From the NCBI GenBank assembly GCA_008369845.1, contig MRSU01001902.1, positions 1-49,905 of the forward strand: a stretch of DNA of 49,905 nt, given 5' to 3'. Source of the stretch: Trichomonas gallinae (lineage: Eukaryota). Positions within the stretch are counted from its first letter, which is position 1, and every line of letters begins with the position of its first letter. Under the pieces are notes generated by a model. That model searched no databases and had not been told where the DNA came from. It saw nothing but the letters and a program-made list of their open reading frames with translations. Of this stretch, positions 1 to 10,184 are shown in pieces. Both the position numbers and the translations under genes were made by a program.

Positions 1-1832
1 GGGGCTCCAGCTGGTGGTGGAGGCGGTGGGACTCCAGCTGGTGGTGGTGGCGGTGGAGGAACGCCGGCTTCTGGTGGTGGCGGTGGTGGTGGAACACCTG
101 CACCTGGTGGAGGTGGTGGTGGTGGAACGCCAGCACCCGGTGGTGGTGGCGGTGGTGGAACACTTGCACCTGGAGCAGATGGTGGAGGTGGAGCTTCACC
201 AGCATTGATAAGTTCTTCATCATCGTATCCACCCTTGGTACTTGTCTGTGGTCTGAGTTTCTTTCTCAACTCGATTGTATCCTGAGATTCGAATGGATCC
301 CTCATCTCGTTTGTCTCGCCGATATCGAAGTATTCAAATGGTGTAGCAAAGAAGTCTGTTGGCTGGCTGTCAGCTGGAATTTGCTTAACGAGAGCATCAA
401 GTTCTGGAATTGGATTTGCCTGAGATGTTGGAGCGGTTCCCTGAAGATTATTCATCTTGATTGGAACACCAGGAAGACAAACGTATATTGTGCTTGGATC
501 CTTAACCTTAGTGAATTCTGGCAATTCGTTTGGCTTTTGCTGTGGGTTCGGGATACGAAGCCTGTGTAATGCGTTATCTAATTCTTCAGCACGCGCGATT
601 TCGAAATCTGACTTTATTGTGTTGATGTTTTCTGCAATCTTTGAAATGTGTTCGAGGCTATTTGTTAAAGTTGCAGTGATGCTCTTTGATGATTGAACGA
701 GGCTTGACTTGAATTCTGTCATGAATGTGTTGATGTGATTGCGGTATTCATCGAGTGGTTGGTTTGGAGCATTCATGAATGTGTTAACTGCATTTTCAGC
801 ATGATTGTGCATTTCATCACGAAGGCTGATAAACTGCTTGAAAAGTGTATGGATACCGAATTCCTCACTGACTTTCTTGTAGCTTGACTCAAAGATTGGG
901 AGTTTGATTCTGCCTTGCTCATCTTTCTCTGCGCCAGCACTTGAAGCTCTGTATGCCTTCTTTGCCTTGTTCTTCTTTGGCTTTGCCTGAGCCTTTGGAG
1001 CCGGGGTTGGTGCTGGTGGTGGAGGTGGCTCCTCCTTCTTTGGTGGTGGTGGCGGTGGTGCCTCTTGTTGTGGTGGGGCAGAGATAACCATTGAGTTTCT
1101 AATCTTCTTGTGCGAAGGACGCTTTGTAATTGGGGCATCAGCTTTTGGCTTTTCATCTTCTGAGAGATCGCTGTAGTAGAATTCATCGGAGTAGTATTCT
1201 GAATCTGATGGCCAGCAGATCTTCTTTTTGCCTGAAGCGCCAATCTTGTATGTTGGGCCCTTCTTGGCTGGTGGAGCGGCTGGCGGTTTGGCAGGTGGAG
1301 CAGCCGGTGGAACAGCTGGCGGTGGGGCTGGTGGTGTTGCTGGAGGTGCAGCCGGTGGAGCTGCTGGTTTTGGTGGTGGCGGAGGCATTGCTGGTGGAAC
1401 AGCAGGTGGTGGTGTTGCTGGAGGTGCTGCAGGTGGAGCTGCTGGCTTTGGTGGTGGAGGAGGCATTGCTGGTGGAGAAGCAGGAGGTGCTGCAGGTGGA
1501 GCAGCAGGAGGTGCTGCAGGTGGAGCAGCAGGAGGTGCTGCAGGTGGAGCAGCTGGCTCTGGTTCTGGAGCTTTATTCTTATTAAATCTTGCCTTTAATG
1601 CTGCGTTCAAATCCATTGGACCCGCTGCCTTCTTTGGCGGTGGTTTTGCAGGTTCCTTTTGTGGGGGTGGTTTCTTGCCGGCGTTTGCCTTCCTCTTGGC
1701 GATCATAGCCTGGAGAGCATCATCCGTTGGCTTAACCAAGCCACCGCCGCCACCATGGTTTGGAGTACCAGGTGGTGGGGGTGGAGGCGGGGCTAAACCC
1801 GAGGGTGGAGGTGGTGGTGGTGGAACAGACAT
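1..1832 (-). CDS. Polyproline-rich protein, probable actin-cytoskeleton regulator (WASP/WAVE- or formin-FH1-like); 3' end runs off the window
   Basis: ATG at 1832 (MSVPPPPPPPSGLAPPP...) stays open to position 3, so it is absent from the ORF track. Contains AAPP tracts, a globular/helical middle region and repeated GAGVPPPPPPP units. The + strand Gly/Ala ORFs are its antisense shadow. Confidence 0.8.
   Translation of the reverse strand, partial: MSVPPPPPPPSGLAPPPPPPPGTPNHGGGGGLVKPTDDALQAMIAKRKANAGKKPPPQKEPAKPPPKKAAGPMDLNAALKARFNKNKAPEPEPAAPPAAPPAAPPAAPPAAPPAAPPASPPAMPPPPPKPAAPPAAPPATPPPAVPPAMPPPPPKPAAPPAAPPATPPAPPPAVPPAAPPAKPPAAPPAKKGPTYKIGASGKKKICWPSDSEYYSDEFYYSDLSEDEKPKADAPITKRPSHKKIRNSMVISAPPQQEAPPPPPPKKEEPPPPPAPTPAPKAQAKPKKNKAKKAYRASSAGAEKDEQGRIKLPIFESSYKKVSEEFGIHTLFKQFISLRDEMHNHAENAVNTFMNAPNQPLDEYRNHINTFMTEFKSSLVQSSKSITATLTNSLEHISKIAENINTIKSDFEIARAEELDNALHRLRIPNPQQKPNELPEFTKVKDPSTIYVCLPGVPIKMNNLQGTAPTSQANPIPELDALVKQIPADSQPTDFFATPFEYFDIGETNEMRDPFESQDTIELRKKLRPQTSTKGGYDDEELINAGEAPPPPSAPGASVPPPPPPPGAGVPPPPPPPGAGVPPPPPPPEAGVPPPPPPPAGVPPPPPPAGA
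1270..1560 (-). repeat. Coding tandem repeats (AAPP units; duplicated AMPPPPPKPAAPPAAPPATPP block)
   Basis: Repeated gcaggtggagcagcaggaggtgct units, plus two copies of a longer block. Confidence 0.85.
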
Positions 1833-1958
1833 TTAGTTAATTTTTTTTTGCTTTTTTTATTGCATCAGTTTTTCAAAGTAAACGTCAGTTTTTACACTTC
1901 TTTGGAAATAACCTTAATACTCGATTTTTTTGTAAATTTAACCTTAATTTATAAAATT

Positions 1959-2939
1959 ATGACTCAAGTAGTTCAGTTATATACCAACAATCCACAGGAA
2001 TTTAAGAAGAACTTGAAGACACAGATTGAAAAATCACCGGAAAAATCTAAATATTATCGACAATTGTTCGATTTATTATATCATTTGATTCAAAAAAATC
2101 GGCATCAAGACTGTTTCTCGATATTGAACGAAATAATTACACCAGATGCGTTATATAGTTTACTGTCACAAGTTCAATTCCCTAATTTTTATAATGAAAT
2201 CACAGATTTTCCTCCATTTGATTTATTTTACATTGTCGCTCTTGTTTCATATCAAACACAAGGCAAGTTACCATCAACATATTTGTTCTTACTTTTTAAT
2301 TTTTACCTCCAATTTTATGAATCGCTTCAGAAATGCGTAAATTCTCAAGATATCATACTAAATGATGAAATTATCATAGAGAACAAGAAAACACTTAATG
2401 ATGCCTTATCTATTATAAATTCAAGATTATCTACTATCGCAGGCGGTATCTGCACAATATACCACGCAAGAATTGATAAAACCGACTTCTCCAATTTTGT
2501 TGACATTATAATGACTACGAAATCATATCTTTTCCACGATTCTGCTTTTGCTTGCTTAGTTGGACGAATGTGCTTGAGTCTCAATAAATATAATCAAGCA
2601 CAAGAGATATTCAGCTACATATCAGATCTAAATATGCTTTCCTCCAATCAGCCTTACGTTGATTTCTTCAAAATGAATTTTCCGGCTGCAGCCAATGGAT
2701 TTGAAATGCTTAACGGCCCATTTGATAAAATAAACCAAGTTGTCGCATTGATTTATCTTGGAAACATCAAACAAGCAGCAACTTTATTCAATGAAAAAAT
2801 TCGTGAGAATCCGATACTTAAATTATTCAATTCTGTCAAAGATATAGCAAAAGTATTGAACGAACTCTGTGATGAAACCGAAATCATCAAAGAAAAATCC
2901 TTCTCAAATTATCCAACTCCTGAAGGTCAGTGCAACTAA
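1959..2939 (+). CDS. Hypothetical helical protein, C-terminal part TPR-like
   Basis: Long ORF; first ATG at 1959 (MTQVVQ). TPR-like patterns LVGRMCLSLNKYNQAQEIF and ALIYLGNIKQAATLF. Confidence 0.7.
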   Translation: MTQVVQLYTNNPQEFKKNLKTQIEKSPEKSKYYRQLFDLLYHLIQKNRHQDCFSILNEIITPDALYSLLSQVQFPNFYNEITDFPPFDLFYIVALVSYQTQGKLPSTYLFLLFNFYLQFYESLQKCVNSQDIILNDEIIIENKKTLNDALSIINSRLSTIAGGICTIYHARIDKTDFSNFVDIIMTTKSYLFHDSAFACLVGRMCLSLNKYNQAQEIFSYISDLNMLSSNQPYVDFFKMNFPAAANGFEMLNGPFDKINQVVALIYLGNIKQAATLFNEKIRENPILKLFNSVKDIAKVLNELCDETEIIKEKSFSNYPTPEGQCN

Positions 2940-3231
2940 TCAATAGATTAGACTCATAATTTATGTTTAGTTCTTGCGCAAAATAGTCATCAAAAATCAT
3001 TATATATTATTATTTGTTATGATTTTCCAGGAAAGATTGAATTTTCGACATGTTTGCTTGCAAATTAAAAATTATTGTTTGTTTTAGTATTTAATTCTTT
3101 GGTTTATTTGATTCATTTTTCAAGAAAATTTAACATAATTTACATGTCTAATTTGACGCTTTACACTTTGTCACTTTTATACGCAGTCGGCTTTTAAAAT
3201 TTAGTCACTTTTTTAAATTTTGTCACTTTTA

Positions 3232-3507
3232 ATGGAAGTGATTTATATTTCAGACAGTTCTAGTAGTGTTTCCTCTCGATCTGACAGCTCCGATGAGCAG
3301 GATGATATATTGATTGGGCAGCCTGTTATATCTAAAATTAAGCCTGGAATCTGTAGATTGTGCGGGAAGAATTCATTAGATGTTATGTTTCATCCTTGTA
3401 ATCATTCAACATGTTGTTTTGAGTGCTATGAAAAGCTTCCAAAGCCAAAAAAGTGTCCATATTGCGGGGTTGTTATAACTTTACCAGAAAGATTCATTCT
3501 TGGATAG
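3232..3507 (+). CDS. Small RING-HC (C3HC4) zinc-finger protein
   Basis: CRLC...FHPCNHSTCCFEC...CPYC; Inr TCACT at 3223 just before the ATG at 3232. Confidence 0.85.
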   Translation: MEVIYISDSSSSVSSRSDSSDEQDDILIGQPVISKIKPGICRLCGKNSLDVMFHPCNHSTCCFECYEKLPKPKKCPYCGVVITLPERFILG

Positions 3508-3810
3508 AAAATTTCATCAAATTCGATACTGTTTCAATCAGCTACCGAAATTTTTTCGTCAATCACATCTATAGACCAACTTTTTAATTTTTCAATTTTA
3601 TATATCATGTTTTGATTCTTGTTTTTTATATTTTAAACTATCGTATATACTAGACTTGCAATTTACTATATATTTATTTTGTAATTTAATTTATTTTTTA
3701 ATTTTGTTGAAGTTTGAAAACAACATTAAACCTATATTTTATTCAAAATTAAGACAGAAGTTGAATTTCTATATATATGGATGAAGCATGGAAATGATTA
3801 ATAGAATCAT

Positions 3811-4413
3811 TTATTTGCAGCAACCTCCAGATCCTTCCTGTTTTGGCTTTAGGGATGCATCATTACCCTTCACATGCTTGTTCTTAATTTGATTAAACCA
3901 ATTGTCAGCAACGGATTGGAAGAGAAGTTCGATGCCATCTCCAGTTAGCGCAGATGTTGCGAAAAAGCCCAAAGCGCCAATCTGTGACTTAAGGGTTTCA
4001 CCATTCTGAATGACTTCAAGCTGTTGAGAAGGTGATACAAGGTCGAATTTTGTACCGGCCAAGAAAATGCTGCAACCAGGTTCTATTTGAATAATATTTT
4101 GTTTCCAGTTTTCAATTGCTGGCAAAGGATTCTTGTCAGAGCAATCGTAACAAATTACTGCAAAATTAGCACCACGATAGAAGACTTTTCCAACTGACTG
4201 ATATCTTTCTTGTCCAGCCGTGTCCCACAACTGAATGTAAACTGACTCGCCGTTTTTAGTCTTGACTTGCGTAGGAGATAAAACTGGTGTAACAGTAGAT
4301 GTTGTAGTTGGTGTGTAAGTTTTGTCGATAAAGCGATTGATAAGTGTTGTCTTTCCTACCTGTGTGTTTCCGATGATAATCACGCGGGCATCAGGAGCTT
4401 TTCCCTCTGCCAT
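3811..4413 (-). CDS. Rab-family small GTPase (divergent)
   Basis: GNTQVGKT, WDTAGQE, GTKFD and TSA motifs; C-terminal GGCCK prenylation motif. Confidence 0.93.
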   Translation of the reverse strand: MAEGKAPDARVIIIGNTQVGKTTLINRFIDKTYTPTTTSTVTPVLSPTQVKTKNGESVYIQLWDTAGQERYQSVGKVFYRGANFAVICYDCSDKNPLPAIENWKQNIIQIEPGCSIFLAGTKFDLVSPSQQLEVIQNGETLKSQIGALGFFATSALTGDGIELLFQSVADNWFNQIKNKHVKGNDASLKPKQEGSGGCCK

Positions 4414-5225
4414 CCTAATTCAGAAATGTGACAAATTCATCGGGTAGTTTTCATATCACATCAGACAGCCTTTTTAACACCACCATTCGCCTTTAATCGT
4501 CCTATAGACGCACTTTTTCATACGAAATTTAATCATATGCATTAAGATATTACATTCAATTTTTATTTTCATATCAGCATGTATTTTTACCGTCACCATT
4601 TCATATCAGCATGCTAATGCACTTTTCATATGAAATCAAATCATTAGCAATCCAATATTTTGTTCAAATTTTCCATATATCATTTCTGTTCATATTGCTT
4701 AAGTTTGATTTCATTCATTCTCTGTTTTAGACATTACTCCTATTGGAATCGAATCATTTAGATGGATTAATTTCAAAAAGTTTTGCTATCATGACAATGA
4801 GCTTTCTAAGTTATTCAATTTCTTTTTCCTCAATATATCATTCATTTGTCTCATAAAATATTCTCAATTGTAAAAATATATTTCATCAAAGAGTAATGTT
4901 AATATATTGAGGTCTAAGGAGTTCGTTAACAAAATATATTGAATCTATATTATCAATTTTATTTATTAGAAATAATGCTTTGCAATGAGAGTTGAATTCA
5001 TTATATTCGAATTGACAATTATTAAAATATATTAATAAACTGATTATATTTTCATCTCATAATTACCATACTAAACTATCAAAACTATATCATGTGAAAA
5101 ATATGAAGTAATAAAATAAATCATATATGTATAAATAAATGAAGATATTCCTATTGGTACTAGGCATATATGAATATTTGTAGATACTTTATATGGAAAT
5201 TTCTGAAAAACAAGATAAAATTGAA

Positions 5226-6281
5226 TTATTTTTCAACTGGTCTTCTCCAATTATCAATCTCATTGTTATTGACCATTGCATGGTAACAATCCTTGCAGCA
5301 AGGAACTCCGTTCATGTTGACGTATTTCGAATCTGCTAAATTCTTCTGGCATTTCATGCAGTTGAAGCATGCCTTATGCCACTTTCCACCACATGCGACA
5401 ATTTGCGGCTCTTCGTCGCTCTTGTGGCAGCCTCTGCATTGTTTGATATATGCTTCAGTGCATTTTCTGCATCTGAGAATGCCATGATCAAGGACAGCAA
5501 CACCATTCTGAAGAGAGGTGCCGCAATCATTGCATTTATAAGAATCTGGGTGGAATTTGCAATTTTCAACTTGGCAACATTCACCTTCAATTGGCTTGTT
5601 GCAATCGGAGCATATCTTCTTTCTGACAACTTCAAGGCATTTAACGCAGTAAACGCTCTTATTGAAAATTGTTAATCTTCTATTTGCAGGTGTTATAGCG
5701 CATTGACTGCATTGTATGCATGTAGGATGGAAGAAGTACTTGGTTCCTTCGCAAACAATTGATTCTCGCTTATCATTTGGAAGTAATGGCTGTTTGCAAG
5801 CATAGCATTCAGGAAGGATGTTTTTGAATTGCTGGAAGCACTTTGTGCAGTATGGAAAACCGTAAAGATTCATGTAACGATCTTTAACTTGTGGGTCGCC
5901 ACAATGTGCGCAAACAAAGCATTCTGGATGATAAGCGCGCGAAATGGCATGGATAACTGTATCAGATTTAACGAAACCGCCGCATTTTGCGCATCTTTCT
6001 TCCAAAACCTCACTATAACAATTTGGATGGAAAATCATGTCGTCTTTCTCCTTGTATTCGTTAGGTTGGATGAGTTGCTGGCAGTAGCTGCAGCATAGAT
6101 GGTGTTTGTGGAATTTATAATTGATTGCTTCGACAATTTCATCCTCTGGATGAATTTTATCTCGGCAATAAGGGCATACATCGATTGGAACATCCTTGTA
6201 GTGTGTTAAATCGATGCTTGCCTTGCCGTGTTCGACTTTAACTTTCTGCGCAAAAATGTTTTTCAAAACTTCGTCGTCCAT
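5226..6281 (-). CDS. Multi-LIM-domain protein (paxillin/PINCH-like)
   Basis: About five CxxC...HxxCxxCxxC...CxxC LIM units. Confidence 0.92.
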   Translation of the reverse strand: MDDEVLKNIFAQKVKVEHGKASIDLTHYKDVPIDVCPYCRDKIHPEDEIVEAINYKFHKHHLCCSYCQQLIQPNEYKEKDDMIFHPNCYSEVLEERCAKCGGFVKSDTVIHAISRAYHPECFVCAHCGDPQVKDRYMNLYGFPYCTKCFQQFKNILPECYACKQPLLPNDKRESIVCEGTKYFFHPTCIQCSQCAITPANRRLTIFNKSVYCVKCLEVVRKKICSDCNKPIEGECCQVENCKFHPDSYKCNDCGTSLQNGVAVLDHGILRCRKCTEAYIKQCRGCHKSDEEPQIVACGGKWHKACFNCMKCQKNLADSKYVNMNGVPCCKDCYHAMVNNNEIDNWRRPVEK

Positions 6282-6926
6282 GATAAAATTTTAAAAACCA
6301 TTTTTCTCAAAAGTTCCGTTGTTTACAGTATTCACTGAGTATATATATAATACAATTTAGCCAAAATATTTTTTGTAGCTTTTTGCAATTTGGCACGTAA
6401 AGTATCAGTATGTAAATTCAATATTTTTGCATATTAAATATTAGTATCTCATAAAATATTTAACAACATCATTTCAAGAAAAATTGCCATACAATAGAAA
6501 AACTAATTTTTGACATGTAAATAATGTAACAAAACAAAATTCACAGCTTCATTACTTTATTTATATCTTGGAAATGAATGATTGGAATATATCATAACTT
6601 CTATTATATAGAGTATAGCCCCCATAGTACATTTTAATACAACATATAAGTCATATCTTCTATAAGATACCTATATAAAGAGACTTTTTTCGAACTAAAA
6701 TTTGATATTATAGATATGATTAAATCAAGCTGAATCATTCACATAATAAAATAATGGAATAAAATGGATTAAACTTCAGAGCCAGAAAAATCTAAAAGGT
6801 AAAAATATTAAAATGAAATTTTAATTTGTGGTTAGATAATCTTACAATTTAAAAATAAGACTTTGTTAGAATTGAGTATTTTGCCGATGAAGTGCAAAAA
6901 GGAGTTTGTCAGTTCACTTTTTTCAA

Positions 6927-8084
6927 ATGGATGATGACGACGTTAAACATAACTGTAAATATCAATTTCTCAGCGAGGTAGACATCCCCGCTGAATTGCA
7001 GTCTATAGCTGATGCCGAAGATTGCATATGGACGCTAGATCCCTCAAATATTGCAGAAGCAGCTGATAAAATAATAAACTTGATAAAACAAAATAAATTT
7101 GAGTCCTCAGCAGTCCTTAAAATTGTTGATTTCGCAAGCTTCAGGAGACCTAAGCTATTGGATGCATATATAGAATTATATGAGACACTTATTCAAGATC
7201 CATTGTGCGAAAAAGCAACGGAATCACAATTTATATCAACAGTAATTTATGAAAAGAGAAATGGCCAAAATCACACGGATAACTATGTAATGTCTCTATT
7301 TCCAGTAGAATCTATAGGTCACAGTATAACATATGATGATGTTGATAAACTCATAGAATATACAAGCAGTAATGATTTTGATCCAAAGTTTTATGAGCAA
7401 AATCTCGAGAGAAGAAAAAGACAAGTTTTCTTCGGATTGCAGCAATATACACCAATAGAACTTGCAGCTAAACATGGATCTATTAAGTGCTTTAAATTCT
7501 TGATGATGAATGGAACTCTTCAATCAACAAATATCAATAAATATGCAGTTGAAGGAGGAAATCTTGAAATTATTCATATCCTCAGCCAAAACGGTTATGA
7601 TTTTCGTCACGCTTTGCAGTCAGCAATTGCTTTTCACCAGGAGGATATAGCTGACTGGATTCTCACGAATTATTCATACATCAGTGTTCCTGTTGTTAAT
7701 TGCATCGAAAGCTATAATATTCGCGCTGCAGTTTTCTTCCTCGAAAATGGTTTATCAATAAATGGAGGCAGCGAAGAAATTACACCTCTTTGCCAAGCAT
7801 GCTCTAATAACCTATTCTGTATCGCAAAGTATTTGATAGATAATGGAGCTGATGTTAATAAGTTTAGTAAAACAATGACACCATTAAGTATTGCTTGCGG
7901 CAAAAATAACATAAGGATTGTAAGGTATTTATTAGAGAAAGGCGCTTTGCCAAATGTTAAAGTTGATATAGATAAGACGCCATTAACAATTGCAATAGAG
8001 AATGATGAATTAGAAATAGTTGAATTACTCATCGAATTCAAGGCAGATGTGAATGAAAACATTTTATTAGGAATTCATTTTTAA
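6927..8084 (+). CDS. Ankyrin-repeat protein with parabasalid-type (DUF3447-like) N-terminal region; coding potential continues to 8389
   Basis: IELAAKHGSIKCFKFL, YAVEGGNLEIIHIL and TPL...GADVN repeats. Inr TCACT at 6914, ATG at 6927. Confidence 0.88.
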   Translation: MDDDDVKHNCKYQFLSEVDIPAELQSIADAEDCIWTLDPSNIAEAADKIINLIKQNKFESSAVLKIVDFASFRRPKLLDAYIELYETLIQDPLCEKATESQFISTVIYEKRNGQNHTDNYVMSLFPVESIGHSITYDDVDKLIEYTSSNDFDPKFYEQNLERRKRQVFFGLQQYTPIELAAKHGSIKCFKFLMMNGTLQSTNINKYAVEGGNLEIIHILSQNGYDFRHALQSAIAFHQEDIADWILTNYSYISVPVVNCIESYNIRAAVFFLENGLSINGGSEEITPLCQACSNNLFCIAKYLIDNGADVNKFSKTMTPLSIACGKNNIRIVRYLLEKGALPNVKVDIDKTPLTIAIENDELEIVELLIEFKADVNENILLGIHF

Positions 8085-8090
8085 ATTTAT

Positions 8091-8389
8091 AGGAGAACGC
8101 CTTTGTTGATTGCATGCGCTGGAAAGAATGAAGATATCGTTAAAATCCTTGTTAGAAATGGCGCTGATGTTAATCAGGAACCAGTTCATTATTATATGAT
8201 TTAGAAGCTCAAACACCCAGATATAGACAAAGAACTCCGCTGTTGACTGCAATTAATTGTTCATCAAAAAGTATTGCTGAATTCTTAGTTGAAAATGGAG
8301 CTAATGTAGGCGATGATGCTATTGCACTCGCCAATCAAAAGAAAATGTTATCTATTATTGATTTCCTTGAAGACCATAAAAATATGTAA
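8091..8389 (+). other. Two further ankyrin-repeat coding segments beyond the stop (8091-8183 in the same frame; 8204-8389 in a shifted frame)
   Basis: RRTPLLIACAGKNEDIVKILVRNGADVNQEP, then EAQTPRYRQRTPLLTAINCSSKSIAEFLVENGANVGDDAIALANQKKMLSIIDFLEDHKNM*. Confidence 0.8.
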
Positions 8390-9423
8390 AGTATGCATAG
8401 TAGTTAGTATCACGTTCTTTTGCCAATAGAAAAATATACACATCTCGATGGATATTTTATCCAAAAAAAAAAAAATAATTTGATTTCAGAATATTTATAT
8501 TTTTATATGGCTATTATAATGTCATAAATACAAATTCCAACTGTTTAAAAGCTACAAATCGAAAAATATATCAATGAGAAAATATTATTTAGAATTCAAT
8601 CAACAACAAGCTGCATTTTAACAGAAAGACTCCTACACATATAGGTAAGATAATAGTTCATTACTTCAGAAACATATTTTATTTCCTGAAATTTTTATTT
8701 CAAGTTTTAAGTTATTCGTAGCTGCTAAATCTAATAAAAATCCGAAATTCTAAAGATGGTTGCGTTGGTAAGTCATGAATTGATGGAAATAATTATAGTT
8801 AATTAAAAAATGAAGATATATACTAAAGAAAGCGTAGTAATATGCATAATTGTAGAAGATAAGTATGATTTTAATCATAATTGCTTCGTAAGAGAGAAAA
8901 CGGATATGCCAATATGATAGTCTTATTGCGCATCGTTACATTTAAAAGGGCACAAATGCAGACGATTTATGTTCATTTCAGATGCTTATCTCTGCATTCC
9001 ACGCTTGAAAATAAATTCAAAATCAGTTTGGCTCATTAAAAGAAGCTCCGAAATCATTTCCATCCTTCAAAGAATCCCGAATGAAAGCGGATGGAAGGAA
9101 AAACAAAGTACACTATGTCATGAATAATTTTTGATCCAAATGCAAAATGATTTCGGCCGATTTGACTTAAAAATATATTTATATTCACCAGCATCTATTG
9201 CTTTTTCCGTATTAAAAACATTGTTGAAAGTTACATTTGTGAAGTCACTTTTCTAAAAAAAATAATTTATACGGCCAAAGATTTAAGATCCAAAATTTCG
9301 CTGTTTTTGATATATACTATTTGAGTAGATACCAAATATCAGTGAATTTTAGGCAATCATCCTTTTTGATGTTTTTCAATCGGATCTGACGGCTTTTTGA
9401 CACTTTTATTAGTTCGAGATATT

Positions 9424-10146
9424 ATGTCCGAAGATACACCAGTTCTCCCAGTTAAGGTTGGCATCAAGCAGTCACAGTGGACAACTGTCGAAGTAGGCGA
9501 TACTGTCGTTGATGTCCCAGAGAACAACAAATTCATGAAGAAGAAGAAGCAAGTTTACTACGATGATGACTTCAACAGAGAGGATCGTCAACTCGCTCGT
9601 CTTGCTAGACTCGAAGAAAAGTTCCAAAAGAGAGCTCAGGCTGAAAAGGTCGAACAACAAGCTCCAACACCCGTAGAATCCGAACAAAAACAAGTAGATC
9701 CACTCGAGGAAGCCATCAAGAAGTCTACAAGCAACAATAAATTCTCTGCTTTGATGGATGAGGAGGAAGATTTCGAAGAGCCAGCTGTTGAAGAGAAGAA
9801 GCCGGAACCAAAGAAGGAGGAGAAGAAGCCAGAGCCAAAGAAGGCTGAAAAGAAGCCAGAGCCAAAGAAGGCTGAAAAGAAGCCAGAACCAAAGAAGGAG
9901 GAAAAGAAGCCAGAGCCAAAGAGAGAAGAGAAGAAACCAGAACCAAAGAAGCAGGAGAAGAAGCCAGAACCAAAGAAGGCCGCTCCAAAGAAGGCTGATA
10001 CAAAGACAACAAAGGTCCAGCCAAAGAAGACCGCTGGCAAGAAGCGCAAGAGCCATACACTCGATTATGTAGTCATTGCATCAATCATCACACTGTTTGT
10101 TGCATATTATATTTTCCAGGATAAGTTGCCATTCGGCAAGAAATAA
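9424..10146 (+). CDS. Lys/Glu/Pro repeat protein with a single C-terminal TM helix (tail-anchored candidate)
   Basis: ATG at 9424 (MSEDTP); KKPEPKKxE repeats; TM YVVIASIITLFVAYYIF followed by QDKLPFGKK. Confidence 0.85.
   Translation: MSEDTPVLPVKVGIKQSQWTTVEVGDTVVDVPENNKFMKKKKQVYYDDDFNREDRQLARLARLEEKFQKRAQAEKVEQQAPTPVESEQKQVDPLEEAIKKSTSNNKFSALMDEEEDFEEPAVEEKKPEPKKEEKKPEPKKAEKKPEPKKAEKKPEPKKEEKKPEPKREEKKPEPKKQEKKPEPKKAAPKKADTKTTKVQPKKTAGKKRKSHTLDYVVIASIITLFVAYYIFQDKLPFGKK
9796..9978 (+). repeat. 27-bp coding tandem repeat, about 7 copies (KKPEPKKEE)
   Basis: aagaagccagagccaaagaag... recurs every 27 nt. Confidence 0.9.
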
Positions 10147-10184
10147 ATATTAAAATACATTTATTTTTGAGTACAAACAAAAGC

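Noticed and set aside
14..1836. Plus-strand Gly/Ala/Val-rich ORFs (14..208, 1130..1585, 1228..1836) and minus ORF 773..1243
   Set aside because: Antisense or alternate-frame shadows of the polyproline gene.
8184..8204. GT...AG 21-nt canonical micro-intron
   Set aside because: Removing it keeps the wrong frame (KLKHPDIDKELRC*), and it lacks the trichomonad branch-point motif.
9125..9133. AATTTTTG as an Sm site of an snRNA
   Set aside because: Common by chance at this AT content; no U1, U2, U4 or U5 hallmark sequence nearby.
9472..10072. Leu/Trp-, Phe/Gly- and Arg-rich overlapping ORFs
   Set aside because: By-products of the 27-bp coding repeat.
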